A model generated the notes under the pieces. The model was not told the origin of the DNA and ran no database searches. It saw nothing but the letters and a program-made list of their open reading frames with translations. A stretch of DNA of 64,000 nt from the IMG/VR virus record IMGVR_UViG_3300028048_001604, one strand, 5' to 3'. How positions within the stretch are numbered: the first letter of the stretch is position 1; each line of letters begins with the position of its first letter. Shown piece by piece: positions 10,387 through 21,400 of this stretch. The DNA is from an uncultured virus (IMG/VR IMGVR_UViG_3300028048_001604). Taxonomy: Duplodnaviria; Heunggongvirae; Uroviricota; Caudoviricetes. Made by a program: the position numbers and the translations under genes.

Positions 10387-10529
10387 AGCAAAACTCCAAT
10401 AAGCAGATACAGTAAAGCACATACCCCTACAACTGCGAAGTAGCCTGCCTTACTACGAGATTCAATTCTTTGGTTTGTTGCAAAGTATGTACTTGTTAGC
10501 AACAAAACTGCTATTACAACTCCGCCCAT
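10383..10529 (-). CDS. 48-aa two-TM small membrane protein (below the ORF-track cutoff)
   Basis: MGGVVIAVLLLTSTYFATNQRIESRSKAGYFAVVGVCALLYLLIGVLL; GGAG RBS, TAATG overlap with the upstream gene and ATGA overlap with the downstream gene. Confidence 0.7.
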   Translation of the reverse strand: MGGVVIAVLLLTSTYFATNQRIESRSKAGYFAVVGVCALLYLLIGVLL

Positions 10530-11473
10530 TAATAATCTCCTTCATCATCGTCATCATCAATACTCTGTGTACTTTTACTAATATCCTTGTTGGTTGCCCA
10601 TTCTGAGTACTGAGAGTTAATATATGATGCTACATCAAAACCTTTCTCATACTGAAGAAGTGGTGCAAGTTCGCCATCGTTTGAAACTAACCAACCTTTG
10701 CCATTACCCTTGGTTAGTACCAATTCAACCTGATACTCTTTTAAACCTACCTTACCCCAATTATTGTCAGCTGTACCATAAGCATCGGTAATATAGTTGT
10801 ATAAATACTGCATTTTCTTGGTATCAGATGATTCTGTTCTATCATAGGTGTACATATCATTGAACAGTTTGTCTTTATCTGCGTACCAAAAATCTCTGTT
10901 AGAAAGGTCTAGCAACTTTAATTTTACAGTAATATTCTGAGTACCATTAGCGAAAACTGCTGTATCAGATACAGACATAATCTGCATAGACGCAAGTGAA
11001 GATTTGAGCTGCTTTCTTAAGAAGTCTGAATAGTAATCATCTACTTTCTTTGTACTATCATCATAGAAATTCTTATAATCAGCAATAACTGTACTATCTT
11101 TTGAATACTTCTCTGCCGTAGAGAAATCTAGAATAGATAAAGCTCTTAAATATCTATAAAGTACTTCTTCTGCTGAGGACTTATCGTCTGTACCCTTTGC
11201 CACAAGATTACCCGTAACATCCCATTCGAACCCTTCTGGTGGATTACCATATTTTTCTACAAGTGATGCCTGTAACTGTGCGTCTGCGTCTACACTAGCA
11301 CTATTATTTGTTTGAGTCTGCTCTTTAGCCTGTTCTTGAGCCTGCTCCTGAGCCTTTTTAATAGCGTTCTGCTTTTTAACATTATTAGATACAATTAAAA
11401 GGATAAGGATTAAAAGTACTACCCCACCTATGATAATTGTTTTCTTACTAAAGTTAAAGTTGCCAATTTTCAT
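10529..11473 (-). CDS. Membrane-anchored protein with NTF2-like extracellular domain (VirB8-like candidate)
   Basis: N-terminal TM; AEEVLYRYLRALSILDFSTAEKY...GWLVSND pattern; adjacent to the VirB4-like gene. Confidence 0.6.
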   Translation of the reverse strand: MKIGNFNFSKKTIIIGGVVLLILILLIVSNNVKKQNAIKKAQEQAQEQAKEQTQTNNSASVDADAQLQASLVEKYGNPPEGFEWDVTGNLVAKGTDDKSSAEEVLYRYLRALSILDFSTAEKYSKDSTVIADYKNFYDDSTKKVDDYYSDFLRKQLKSSLASMQIMSVSDTAVFANGTQNITVKLKLLDLSNRDFWYADKDKLFNDMYTYDRTESSDTKKMQYLYNYITDAYGTADNNWGKVGLKEYQVELVLTKGNGKGWLVSNDGELAPLLQYEKGFDVASYINSQYSEWATNKDISKSTQSIDDDDDEGDY

Positions 11474-11478
11474 ATACC

Positions 11479-13632
11479 TTACTCCTCCTTATCCTTATCC
11501 GTTATTACGCCAGTCTCAAACAGTTCTGGCTCCAACCCCTTAGGAATTTTCATTCTTGTAACAGTATATGCAGTTCTATCTAATCCTACAAGAAATGCTT
11601 TTTTGTACGGGTTTGCACTAATCGTATCACCTGAGATGTAACTACCCAAATCTGTATTGTTTGCGTTTATTGTGTCCAACTCTGGAGTCATCATTGGAAT
11701 AGATAGCCTGTCGCATAATCTTTCACGTACATCTGCGTCATTTATAGCACCTATACAGAAAGAAGTAATATTAGAGAAAATACCGAACCTGTCATTATCA
11801 AGCATTTCTACTACTTTATTTGTAAGTATGATATTAATATCTCCTAACTTACGACCACCTGTGAGTGCTACGTTAATTGTTTTATCTGCACCTGGGAAAC
11901 CACCCCAACGCTGAAACTCTTCCCATAATTTGAAGTTGTATTTACCCTCGTTCTTACTAAAGATTGACCTCAAATGAGAGATATTCGCTGCATACAACTG
12001 CATTAAAGCCATCTGGATTGGGTCTACTGAATCTTCTGATTTTCCTGCCATACCAAAGGAACAGATAATCAACTGAGCGTCTTTAATACTGTCTATTGTG
12101 ATACGCTCTTTGAATAAACTTGCACGTATGCCTGTTGGTTCAAAGTACCTAGATAGCTTAGCAATACACATATCGATGGCTTTCTGATACCCTTCGTTTG
12201 AGGTGATTAAACGGTTTACATCACTTTTTGTCATAGCCTTACCCTTATACATATTCTGCTCTTCCCACAAACTGTGCGAATATGTAGCATTTATGGCTCT
12301 GGATGCGTCACCTGAAGATTTTAACTCTTTCAAAGTTTTATATACATCAAAAAGAGTAAGACCTTTTGACCTAGTCCAAGTTTTCATATCATCTTCATAT
12401 ACCCCTGCCTTTGTATATGTGGTTGCTACTGCATCGTTAATAACGATGTCTATCCAATTATCATCAGAATCTACTGCATCTCCTAAAAGACATCTAAAGA
12501 TAGATAATGTAAATGAAGTACTTAAAGAGTACATATCCTTATCTAATTCGTTGTTACCAATAAGATAAATCTCAACTGGGTCATAGTACTTACCACTACC
12601 CTCGGACATATTTATAACTGCTGCTCTATCTTCATCTGAACCTAAATTGATAATGTCTATTAGAGGTAAATACTCGAAACCCTCGATGTCCATGATTGTA
12701 CCATTAATATATGTTAAGGCTAACAACTGTAGTAATAATGCCTTTACATAATATGATTTACCACCACCTGTTTCAGCAGTAATAAGCCAGTTCTCTGGAC
12801 TTGTTGGAGATAATTTTGGTAACTTGAATACAGGAAAGCCTGAGTGAATGTCTACCCCGAATATGATGCCCTCTTTGCCTATAATACCCTGTTTATATGC
12901 AGTAAAATGAGATAGAAGTTCGTCTGGTAATGTAACCTTACCAACTTTATCATCTACCTCTTTATTGTAAATATTACTGAATGGAGAATAAGAAGTAAGA
13001 TATGCTGGTATATCACCTGTTACCCTTGAAAACTTGATATTCAGAGTTTTCATTTGTGCCTCAAGGTCTTTAATAGTATTATTAAAATTACCTGCGTGCT
13101 CTAGGGTATCACGAGAGCCTGATACAAGCATTAATACCCTAAACTTGAACATCTTACGCTGTCTACGTAATTCTGCAGTACTTAAATATACCAAAGAATC
13201 ACGTCTCCATTCCTGACTATCAAGAGTACCCATATTTTGATACAGATTGTATTCATCTACATCTTCTGTTTGCTCATCAATAGCTCTCCAAGTACGAAGT
13301 CTTGCTCTCATTTGAGGTGACGACCAATCAATTCTTGTATGCTCTAGAGAACGTACAAACGAGATACGTACACCTGCCTGACAAACACCTCGCAGAGTTT
13401 CAAATACGGAATTTTCAATCTCACGTGGATACCCATCTATTGTGTAGAGAAAAGTAACATTACTCTCACCGCTATACAAACCAATAATATCACTATAAAT
13501 ATTGTAACGTCTACGCTCGCCTGCATTACAATTATTTCTACTGATATATGCAGATAAAAATTCATCCCATAACTGTATGAAATTGATAGTCCTTTTCTTG
13601 TGTGGCTTGTTCAATCCACCGAGAATACCCAT
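11479..13632 (-). CDS. VirB4/TcpF-like conjugation ATPase
   Basis: NWLITAETGGGKS Walker A, MDIEGFEY, WEEFQR Walker-B region, GRKLG..IILTN (the RK.G....TQ-type motif). Confidence 0.8.
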   Translation of the reverse strand: MGILGGLNKPHKKRTINFIQLWDEFLSAYISRNNCNAGERRRYNIYSDIIGLYSGESNVTFLYTIDGYPREIENSVFETLRGVCQAGVRISFVRSLEHTRIDWSSPQMRARLRTWRAIDEQTEDVDEYNLYQNMGTLDSQEWRRDSLVYLSTAELRRQRKMFKFRVLMLVSGSRDTLEHAGNFNNTIKDLEAQMKTLNIKFSRVTGDIPAYLTSYSPFSNIYNKEVDDKVGKVTLPDELLSHFTAYKQGIIGKEGIIFGVDIHSGFPVFKLPKLSPTSPENWLITAETGGGKSYYVKALLLQLLALTYINGTIMDIEGFEYLPLIDIINLGSDEDRAAVINMSEGSGKYYDPVEIYLIGNNELDKDMYSLSTSFTLSIFRCLLGDAVDSDDNWIDIVINDAVATTYTKAGVYEDDMKTWTRSKGLTLFDVYKTLKELKSSGDASRAINATYSHSLWEEQNMYKGKAMTKSDVNRLITSNEGYQKAIDMCIAKLSRYFEPTGIRASLFKERITIDSIKDAQLIICSFGMAGKSEDSVDPIQMALMQLYAANISHLRSIFSKNEGKYNFKLWEEFQRWGGFPGADKTINVALTGGRKLGDINIILTNKVVEMLDNDRFGIFSNITSFCIGAINDADVRERLCDRLSIPMMTPELDTINANNTDLGSYISGDTISANPYKKAFLVGLDRTAYTVTRMKIPKGLEPELFETGVITDKDKEE

Positions 13633-13635
13633 CTA

Positions 13636-14943
13636 CTATTCCTCCAACCCTACCAAAGCGTCTATTTTCTTAAAGATTTTTGAAAATGCGTCTGTATAAG
13701 CACTAATTTTAATAGCCTCATCCATGTTAGAAAAATCACGAATGGTTCCAACTGTACCTAAAATAGCTTCAGATGATAAACCATGATTTGATACTGTAGT
13801 TAAAACATTATTTAATGTTTTTATATCAAATATATCTAGGTCATGCTTACTATTTATAGCATAAATAGTTGTAACTTTACCCTTTACTATCGGGTCTTTA
13901 CCGTGCATTTTATCTAATATGATGGTTAAGTCCATATTATCCTGAATCAGTTTTTTGAATGTTTCAGAATGTGGGTGGTCTGTCACAACAATTTCGTTAT
14001 CATATAATCTTTCGATAGACATGGTACTTTTTGTAACTTTAGTACTTGTTGTACCATTTATACTAATACTTTCGTACCTCGCACCTACGGTAGAATCATT
14101 ACCATGAGTTATAATAAGTTTTACCCTCTTGTTTTGACCATAATGCAAATACTGTACATATGCTAGCAGAAAAGTAAGTAAATAAGGTGTATGAGAAAAC
14201 TCACGAACTACCAAAACTTTACCTAATTTATTATAGTTATACGGTGGATAAAACATTAAACCTGAACGATTTGCTTTAGGCTGAGTTTTATGCTCTGAAA
14301 TAAGATTACGAGTTTGTTCCTCTAGTTGAACATTAGCATCTTCAAGAGCTGTGATAGTCTCTATGGCGTCCTTTAGCAAATCGAGAGAACTAGTACCCAT
14401 TGTTGCTAGTTTATGCTCATTTCTTGAACATACAGTTGAGAGTGCGTTCATAGCACTCGATACCTGCCTTTTGAATACAGGTGTATCTACAACCTTATCA
14501 TTATCCATGTAGGCTTGAATATATGCCTGCACCTGACTTACACTATTCTGTAAGGCTAAAGCATTACCGCTGTCATTTGAGGATGTGACCTCTTCAAGTA
14601 GAGCGTCTAACTCTTCTTCATCAGACAAATACATATCACAATCTGAATCGATTATCATTACATTTTTAGTATTACTGATACCGTTTAAGATAAGTGAGAT
14701 TGTGTTATCTGGGTCTTCGTTAATGTAAATATAATTGTCTACCCCATTATCGCAGAGGTCTTTTAACTGAATTGTTAAATCGAAAGTATTGTCTGCTGGG
14801 TCACAAAGTATTATTGCACCTATACTTAATAAGCCTTCTTCTGTACTGCTAGCCTCTTTTACAAGTTCACTTAAACTGCTACGTACAGTATAGTTTCTAA
14901 AGTCATGCTGACTTAATGTTTTGCTTACAATATAGTTTGTCAT
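13636..14943 (-). CDS. Hypothetical protein (central coiled coil, possible degenerate P-loop-fold C-terminus)
   Basis: 435-aa ORF in an operon; no intact motif recognised. Confidence 0.7.
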   Translation of the reverse strand: MTNYIVSKTLSQHDFRNYTVRSSLSELVKEASSTEEGLLSIGAIILCDPADNTFDLTIQLKDLCDNGVDNYIYINEDPDNTISLILNGISNTKNVMIIDSDCDMYLSDEEELDALLEEVTSSNDSGNALALQNSVSQVQAYIQAYMDNDKVVDTPVFKRQVSSAMNALSTVCSRNEHKLATMGTSSLDLLKDAIETITALEDANVQLEEQTRNLISEHKTQPKANRSGLMFYPPYNYNKLGKVLVVREFSHTPYLLTFLLAYVQYLHYGQNKRVKLIITHGNDSTVGARYESISINGTTSTKVTKSTMSIERLYDNEIVVTDHPHSETFKKLIQDNMDLTIILDKMHGKDPIVKGKVTTIYAINSKHDLDIFDIKTLNNVLTTVSNHGLSSEAILGTVGTIRDFSNMDEAIKISAYTDAFSKIFKKIDALVGLEE

Positions 14944-14946
14944 AGA

Positions 14947-17256
14947 TTACCCCTCTAAAATTCTATTTAATAACTCTGGACTTGGTTTACCCGTAAACGG
15001 TGTAGAATCCATAGACACCCAATCAGTGCCTGCAACTTCTGGTGTAAAGATTGATTTGAAGTAATTTACTAACTTCTGTAAATTAACAGATTTAGTCTGT
15101 TTTGTATATAGCATAACTCCACGGGATGCTATACGTTTCTTAAACTTTGCAGAGAGGGTGGAGCTTTCCATCTGACAAAGCATATTCATAATACCCCTAT
15201 TTGTTGACTCTGTACAGATAACTGTATTGCCTACAAGTATAAGGTCTTCTAGTACTTGAATATGTTTGATAGGACAATCGAAAATAACTACCCCGTAATC
15301 ATCGATTACACCTGAAACTGCCTCAGCTGTTGATACCAAATCTTCTTCTGATACATCAACACTAAAGTCTGATGTAAGAATATCGAAATTATCCTCATAT
15401 TTACATACACAATTATGTACGTATTCTGGTCTGCGTAAACGCTTTGTAGCTGAAAGAACAGAATCATCATAGTTATACAAAATTTTTGTATCGATGTAAT
15501 TTAGTAAGCCATGATTATCACAATCGCAGTCTACATAAAGTACAGGCACGTGTGCTGAAAATTCTTTCGCTAGAATAAGAGATGTTGTAGTTACCCCTGT
15601 ATCTCTATCACCTGTTACGATGATAGATTTGTGTGCCCTTCCTGAATATACATTCTCTAGAGCGTTTAATGATGTCTTACCACCTCTATATACCTCTTTG
15701 ATAATAACTTTAGGCTGAGATTCCTGCTCTCTATACTGATTTTCATCACTAGAGATACTGAAACTACCCAAATCATCTTCAACTTCAGTCTCTGGTACAA
15801 AATCAGAGTACTCATGTGCGATATCCTCAAAAGTATAGATAGGAGTTGTAGAGTCAGCAAGACTTGTAGGTTCATTATTTACCTGCGAATTTTTAACTTC
15901 GGACTCGGTGTTATCTACCCTAGAGGTGGGTTGATTCTGCATAGGTGTCTCTACACTTTCAGAAGTATTACTATCAATGTCGTACTCTGAAAGGTCAATG
16001 TCGTCTGTTGCATTTAAGTCCTCCTCTGATAGGGCGTAAGCAGATTTGAATTCTGGCTGTTTTGCCTCATCATTAGGAATTTCTAAAGATGGTTCAATAT
16101 CTTCTTCAGTCTCATCGAAAGCATTTATCTTAGGAAGTTCATCAGATTCAGTCTGTGCTGGACTACCCTGATTGACTGCCTGTTCTAGTGTTTTTGGTGT
16201 ATTATTTGCAGGCTTAAAATTATCATCCTGTGAGTTCGGCTGATTTACCATACTAATTTGATGATTTGTCTGAGCCTGTGTTTCAAAAGGATTACTAGCA
16301 CCAAAAGGATTGGTCTGATTTGCATTTCCAAAAGGATTACCCTGATTCGAGTTTTCAAAAGGATTAGCCTGTGCCTGTGGATTACCATTATGGTTTGGCT
16401 GATTTGTATTTCCAAAAGGATTACCCTGATTCTGAGGATTTGGTCTAGCCTGCTGATTAAAAGGATTACCCTGATGATTGTTTTGTCTAACCTGTGTAAA
16501 AGGATTAGGCTGATTTACGTTTCCGAAAGGATTACCCTGCATTTGAGGGTTTGTACCTGCCTGCCCTCCAAAAGGATTACCCTGCATTTGAGGGTTTGGC
16601 TGATTACCATTAGGGTTTGGCTGATTACTACTAGGCTGTGTCTGAGCCTGCTGATTACCCTGTGGTTGAGCCTGCTTTTGCTTTTTCTTACCACCAAACA
16701 AACTGAACTTCTTTTTAGGCTGTGTAGGCTGTACAGGCTTGGTCTCTTCTACCTTTGGCTCGCTAGGAGTTTCTTCCTGTGCCTCTGCCTTTTGCTCTTC
16801 AGTCTTAGGTGTATATACCAATTCCTGAGCTGCCCAATCGTTAGTCTCTGTCTTTAAACCATACTGTGAACGTAGCTTTGGTACCCTCAAAGATGAAAGT
16901 TCTGCTATTGTCTGTAAAGTTGGTGCCTGAATCAAACAAGCAACAACCTTGTTGGTATTATTGAATACCCCGTCTACGGTCTTGGCAAAAGATTCTTCAG
17001 TCTTTCTACATAAAAAGACGACATCCAACTCTTTTGAAAAGGTATCAATATAGCCTTTCAATGATGTTAAATCACTTTCAGACTTGACCATATTTGAAGA
17101 AATTACTACCCTATCGTAGAATATGGTCATCTTGATACTCTTATCCAAAAAAGAGAGAATATCGTCATATACTTCAATATCTAGGTCAGTTTTATGTTTT
17201 ATTAGACTGTTTGCAATCTGACTGCTTTTATTTCCAACTATTAATGCCAAATTCAT
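14947..17256 (-). CDS. Protein with Q/N/P-rich NPF-repeat linker and C-terminal MinD/ParA-like domain
   Basis: IIVTGDRDTGVTT deviant Walker A, VLYVDCD, VVIFDCP; repeated (G)NPF motifs. Confidence 0.75.
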   Translation of the reverse strand: MNLALIVGNKSSQIANSLIKHKTDLDIEVYDDILSFLDKSIKMTIFYDRVVISSNMVKSESDLTSLKGYIDTFSKELDVVFLCRKTEESFAKTVDGVFNNTNKVVACLIQAPTLQTIAELSSLRVPKLRSQYGLKTETNDWAAQELVYTPKTEEQKAEAQEETPSEPKVEETKPVQPTQPKKKFSLFGGKKKQKQAQPQGNQQAQTQPSSNQPNPNGNQPNPQMQGNPFGGQAGTNPQMQGNPFGNVNQPNPFTQVRQNNHQGNPFNQQARPNPQNQGNPFGNTNQPNHNGNPQAQANPFENSNQGNPFGNANQTNPFGASNPFETQAQTNHQISMVNQPNSQDDNFKPANNTPKTLEQAVNQGSPAQTESDELPKINAFDETEEDIEPSLEIPNDEAKQPEFKSAYALSEEDLNATDDIDLSEYDIDSNTSESVETPMQNQPTSRVDNTESEVKNSQVNNEPTSLADSTTPIYTFEDIAHEYSDFVPETEVEDDLGSFSISSDENQYREQESQPKVIIKEVYRGGKTSLNALENVYSGRAHKSIIVTGDRDTGVTTTSLILAKEFSAHVPVLYVDCDCDNHGLLNYIDTKILYNYDDSVLSATKRLRRPEYVHNCVCKYEDNFDILTSDFSVDVSEEDLVSTAEAVSGVIDDYGVVIFDCPIKHIQVLEDLILVGNTVICTESTNRGIMNMLCQMESSTLSAKFKKRIASRGVMLYTKQTKSVNLQKLVNYFKSIFTPEVAGTDWVSMDSTPFTGKPSPELLNRILEG

Positions 17257-17290
17257 TAGATTTACCGCCTATTCTATTCTATTTTAATAT

Positions 17291-17319
17291 ATTATAGCAT
17301 AGTCTCAACAACTTGTCAA
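17291..17319 (-). promoter_or_regulatory. Sigma-A promoter TTGACA-17-TATAAT (extended -10)
   Basis: The minus strand reads ttgaca agttgttgagactatgc tataat. Confidence 0.85.
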
Positions 17320-17334
17320 GATAACTAGTGGAAA

Positions 17335-18453
17335 TTATTCATTTCCACTATTATCATCATCAAAAATGTCTAACTTTATGCTTTCGAGTGCCTCTTTTTC
17401 TGTATCTACTCCGCCATTACGTTTAATCTGTTTCTTTTTACGTTTCATCTCCTCAGCAGACTTTTTAGAGTCTTCACGCTTACGTCTAGCCTCTTCTAAT
17501 TTCTGCCTACGTTCTTTACTAGTTAGATTCAACTTTTCTGTTTCGCCTGTATCTTCGTGGAAGATAGAAATAGGTGTTACCCCTGAGATTGAATCTTCGT
17601 GCAGAGTTGCCAAATTTGCCTTGCTTACATCAAAATTCGTTAAGTTAAATAAAGCTGCACACATATTTGCAATATCTCGCTCTGCTAACACACTATATGA
17701 AATATAATTTGAACCTAGCATAAGCTGTGCTACCTGAAAAACACTATATACGAACTGCTCTTGATTACCCCTAGATGTAAATAGGTATACATCACTACTA
17801 GAATATTGTAAAGACATATCTAGTTCTAGAGCCTGATATATATAACTTAAATCTGCTGCGAGTACCTCGTTCTCTACGGTTACAAGGTTAGTCATAGCAT
17901 TTTTCAAACGTGTGTCATTACCCACATTATCCATATAATCTACATTTATCAAGTCCATACCCAATGAATGTGCTCGATTATAAGCGTCTGCTAAAATATC
18001 GAAATGGTTAGAATACTCGGTACTGCCTTTACCCGTAACAGTTGTTCTTTCCATTCTAATGAAGATACCCTTTTTACCATTTCTAAAATAGCAAGTATAA
18101 GGGTAGGTCTCGTCTATATCGAATATCTGCCAAATACTAGGTGTCTCTAGCTTAAGGTCTGACTCATGCTGAGTTTCATAAATATCACTAAAAGTAGCCT
18201 CATGTAATAGTGGAAATCTTATAATAAGAAGTACAACATATACATATATGGCTAAAAGTGGTATCTTTTGTATAATGTCTAGACTTCCACTAAATGCAGT
18301 ACCAAAAAACAACACTAGAAAAATAACTACTAATATTGCTATGGTAATGAATGTATGCTTGGAAGTAACACTTCTACCGCCTTTGTAATCAAAGGTTATG
18401 GGGATACTAAAAGAAGTATCCCCCTCCTGAGGTTGCATATCATTATCACCCAT
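17335..18453 (-). CDS. Two-TM membrane protein, PrgI/TcpE (VirB3)-like candidate
   Basis: Two N-terminal TM helices then a cytoplasmic domain; lies between the giant membrane protein and the VirB4-like operon. Function is inference. Confidence 0.6.
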   Translation of the reverse strand: MGDNDMQPQEGDTSFSIPITFDYKGGRSVTSKHTFITIAILVVIFLVLFFGTAFSGSLDIIQKIPLLAIYVYVVLLIIRFPLLHEATFSDIYETQHESDLKLETPSIWQIFDIDETYPYTCYFRNGKKGIFIRMERTTVTGKGSTEYSNHFDILADAYNRAHSLGMDLINVDYMDNVGNDTRLKNAMTNLVTVENEVLAADLSYIYQALELDMSLQYSSSDVYLFTSRGNQEQFVYSVFQVAQLMLGSNYISYSVLAERDIANMCAALFNLTNFDVSKANLATLHEDSISGVTPISIFHEDTGETEKLNLTSKERRQKLEEARRKREDSKKSAEEMKRKKKQIKRNGGVDTEKEALESIKLDIFDDDNSGNE

Positions 18454-18456
18454 AAC

Positions 18457-21400
18457 TTACTTACCTCTCTTTGCTGCATCGTCAATACGTTTACGATTAG
18501 CCTTCTTAACAGCCTCTACGCCTTCTTTACCCAAGGTTGCATGCCGATAGCCTGCAGTTACACCTCGCTTTGCTAAACCAACCAGACCTTCTTGTCTTGC
18601 AATATGTACCCTATCACGCATAGTCTTACCATGCATTACCCTAGTTTCAGCACCTTCTCTAGCCTTTTCGGGGTCTTTGAACTTTACATCTGCCTTAGCC
18701 AATAACTTAGCCTGCTTTTCTTTAAGTTTTCTAATCTGCTTTTCAGAGTAGTTACCCTTCTTCATCTTTTCATCAATGCCAACGGCTTTATTCAATAACT
18801 TATCACCCTGCTTTTTAGACCTTTCAGCCTTTCGTTTAGCCTTAATACCTGCAATCTGGGCTCTATGCTGTCTTTCAAGTTTTGCCTCAGCTGATTCGTT
18901 ATACCAATCGTGTCCAGTAGCTTTCAAAGCACCTGATGCACCTAAACCTGCACCTCCGCCAAAAGCCAAACCTCTTGCAAAACTTCTTCCTGCTGATGCA
19001 CCTTTACCCACGGCTTTTGATACACCACTTGCAACTGTTTTACCACCTCTAGCAACTGCAGTGCCTGCCTTACCAAATGAGCGTTTACCAATATTATCAC
19101 CAGCAACTGCTCCTACAACAGTTCCAACTGCACCACTAATTGCACCAGATATAGAGTTTACAGTAGCCTTAACAAAAGCCTTAAGGTCATTTATAGCCTT
19201 CTTAGTCAACTTGAAATACATAATAAGAGCTAGAACATCGAGTATCAGCAGCATGATAATTGCTGTAGTAGGATCTCCTAGAGAAATAACAGGTGTGGCT
19301 GATTTTGTTACGTCTGTTAAACCATTTGACATAAACAATGATACTAGCAAACTCGTAGCAATATTTATCAGTGTGAATGCTCCTAGAGGTTTTATCAAAC
19401 TCTTCCATGCTACATTGAAGAAGTTCAACTCTACCCCAACTGCTGCGGATAGTATCATCAAAATACTAACAAAGAATATTACCACTATAAATACTAACTT
19501 CAGAAGTGGTACTAAATATACTGCTATAAAGTCGTTTATGACTAACAAAATACTAAAGAATAAACTTGTATTATCCTGAACCCTAGCATAGATACTTCTT
19601 GATGAACCATCTTTAGATGTGTTAGTTAAACTTTCGCCTGATGCCTGAGAAGTTACTAATCGCATATAAGCATCGTAACTGAAAGCCTTTAACTCCCAAC
19701 CTTGAGGATAAAGAGTATAGTCATTAGCTGCGAAACCTGTCTGACTAAATACTTTATCGAAATCAAATAGCTGAACCATAGCAAAAGCATTGATAATATT
19801 CTCATCACTAAAGCCTGCATAATTTGCCAACTGTAGCGAATCTTTGTAAACATCATCTTGAAGTGTAATGATTTTCTGCTCAACTGTAGTAAGCTGTGAC
19901 CATTCAAGACCATAATATTTCATCTCTGAACGAGAGAAAACCATGTATCGACCGTTTACAAGATTACCCTTTTCATCTAGTACAAAGTATGAGTATGGGT
20001 TCAACGGGTCTTCTACGGTATATGTTTTACCTGCTACCGTAATATTTTGTGACTTTGCGTATGAACAGTCATACATTGTGTCTACCCAAGGTGTGTAGCA
20101 ATTTGTCGTAATATAGATGGCATTATAATCATGCCAAAACTTGTACTGCTCTTCCTCTGAAAGGGTAGTATATGTAGAAGAAAATTCTGCAAGTGCATCT
20201 GATGGTCTAGTTGTTCCATCTGATGCAACACCATATGTTTGACCATTGTAAATAAATGTGCCGTCATTATTTACCTTAAGACTATGTGAAGTATATGTAG
20301 TACTGCCGTATGTATCGTCCCACAAATGTACTAAATCATTACCCTCTTTTAACATCGGGATAATGTAATAGAACATATCGTGCATATTCATATAGTCTCG
20401 CATCTCACCATACCCATCATTATTTACAGTGTTATAGAAATAAGCCTGATTTCTATTAGTGAGAAGTTTTAATACGTCTTGTGACTTTGCAGTCTTCTTA
20501 CCCGTAGTACCAACTGCTGCCTCTGGTGTATATGCGTAGTTTAAGCTCAAATTTTGAGCAAAAGAACCAGTCATCTGGTCTTGGATATTGTAACTCATGT
20601 AGTAGAACGGTGATTCTGAATGTAATGCGTAATAAAAATCACTCAAATCTCCATAAGTAGCTGTATCTACACCATACAATGATGTAGCTCCTGCACTTAA
20701 GCCGTCTAGCACATTACCCTCTTTATTCATAGCAATCATATCATTAACTGTTATGAAGAATGAGGAATTTGGTAAACCAAAGAACGCCTTACTATCACTA
20801 CTACTAAAATTAGTAGGACTAATATCAAGTGAATCATTCTTTATAGTATCCTGTAATTTACGTTTCTGCTCTTCAATTCTACCGATTGTACCCGAATAAT
20901 TTAAAAGTGAACTAGCTGCGAATGTATTTGGCGTGAAATATGTCTGTGCTGAACTAGCATTTATATTATCTACCAAGAAACCATTACGCATAGCAGTTAA
21001 ACTAGATGCGTCCTTTAACCCAGCTGGTGCAGAACCATAATAATCTAGAGCAGTTGTATTATTAGCTGACGGAGTATTACTATGTTCTGTATTTGCCATA
21101 ACATAGTCTGTAAGTGCTGTTCCTGTGCCTTCCTTTATATACCCAAGATTTTGGCTATGACCTAAATCGCACTGAACATTAGGAGCATATGACCAGTTAG
21201 TAATAACCGAATTTATATTTGCGTCTGAACCACTTACCCAAAAATGGTCTTTCGCATAGGCTTTTTCTGCATCACTACCATTTACTGCTGTATATTTGTT
21301 TTCCAAATTATACTCATTAAGCAAATTGTAGCTTACAGATGCATACTTATAAATATCTACCAAGTCTCGATATACATACAAAGCAGACGGGTCTTGCCTG

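Noticed and set aside
16258..19579. Plus-strand ORFs 16258-16857 and 18776-19579
   Set aside because: Shadows of low-complexity regions in real minus-strand genes.
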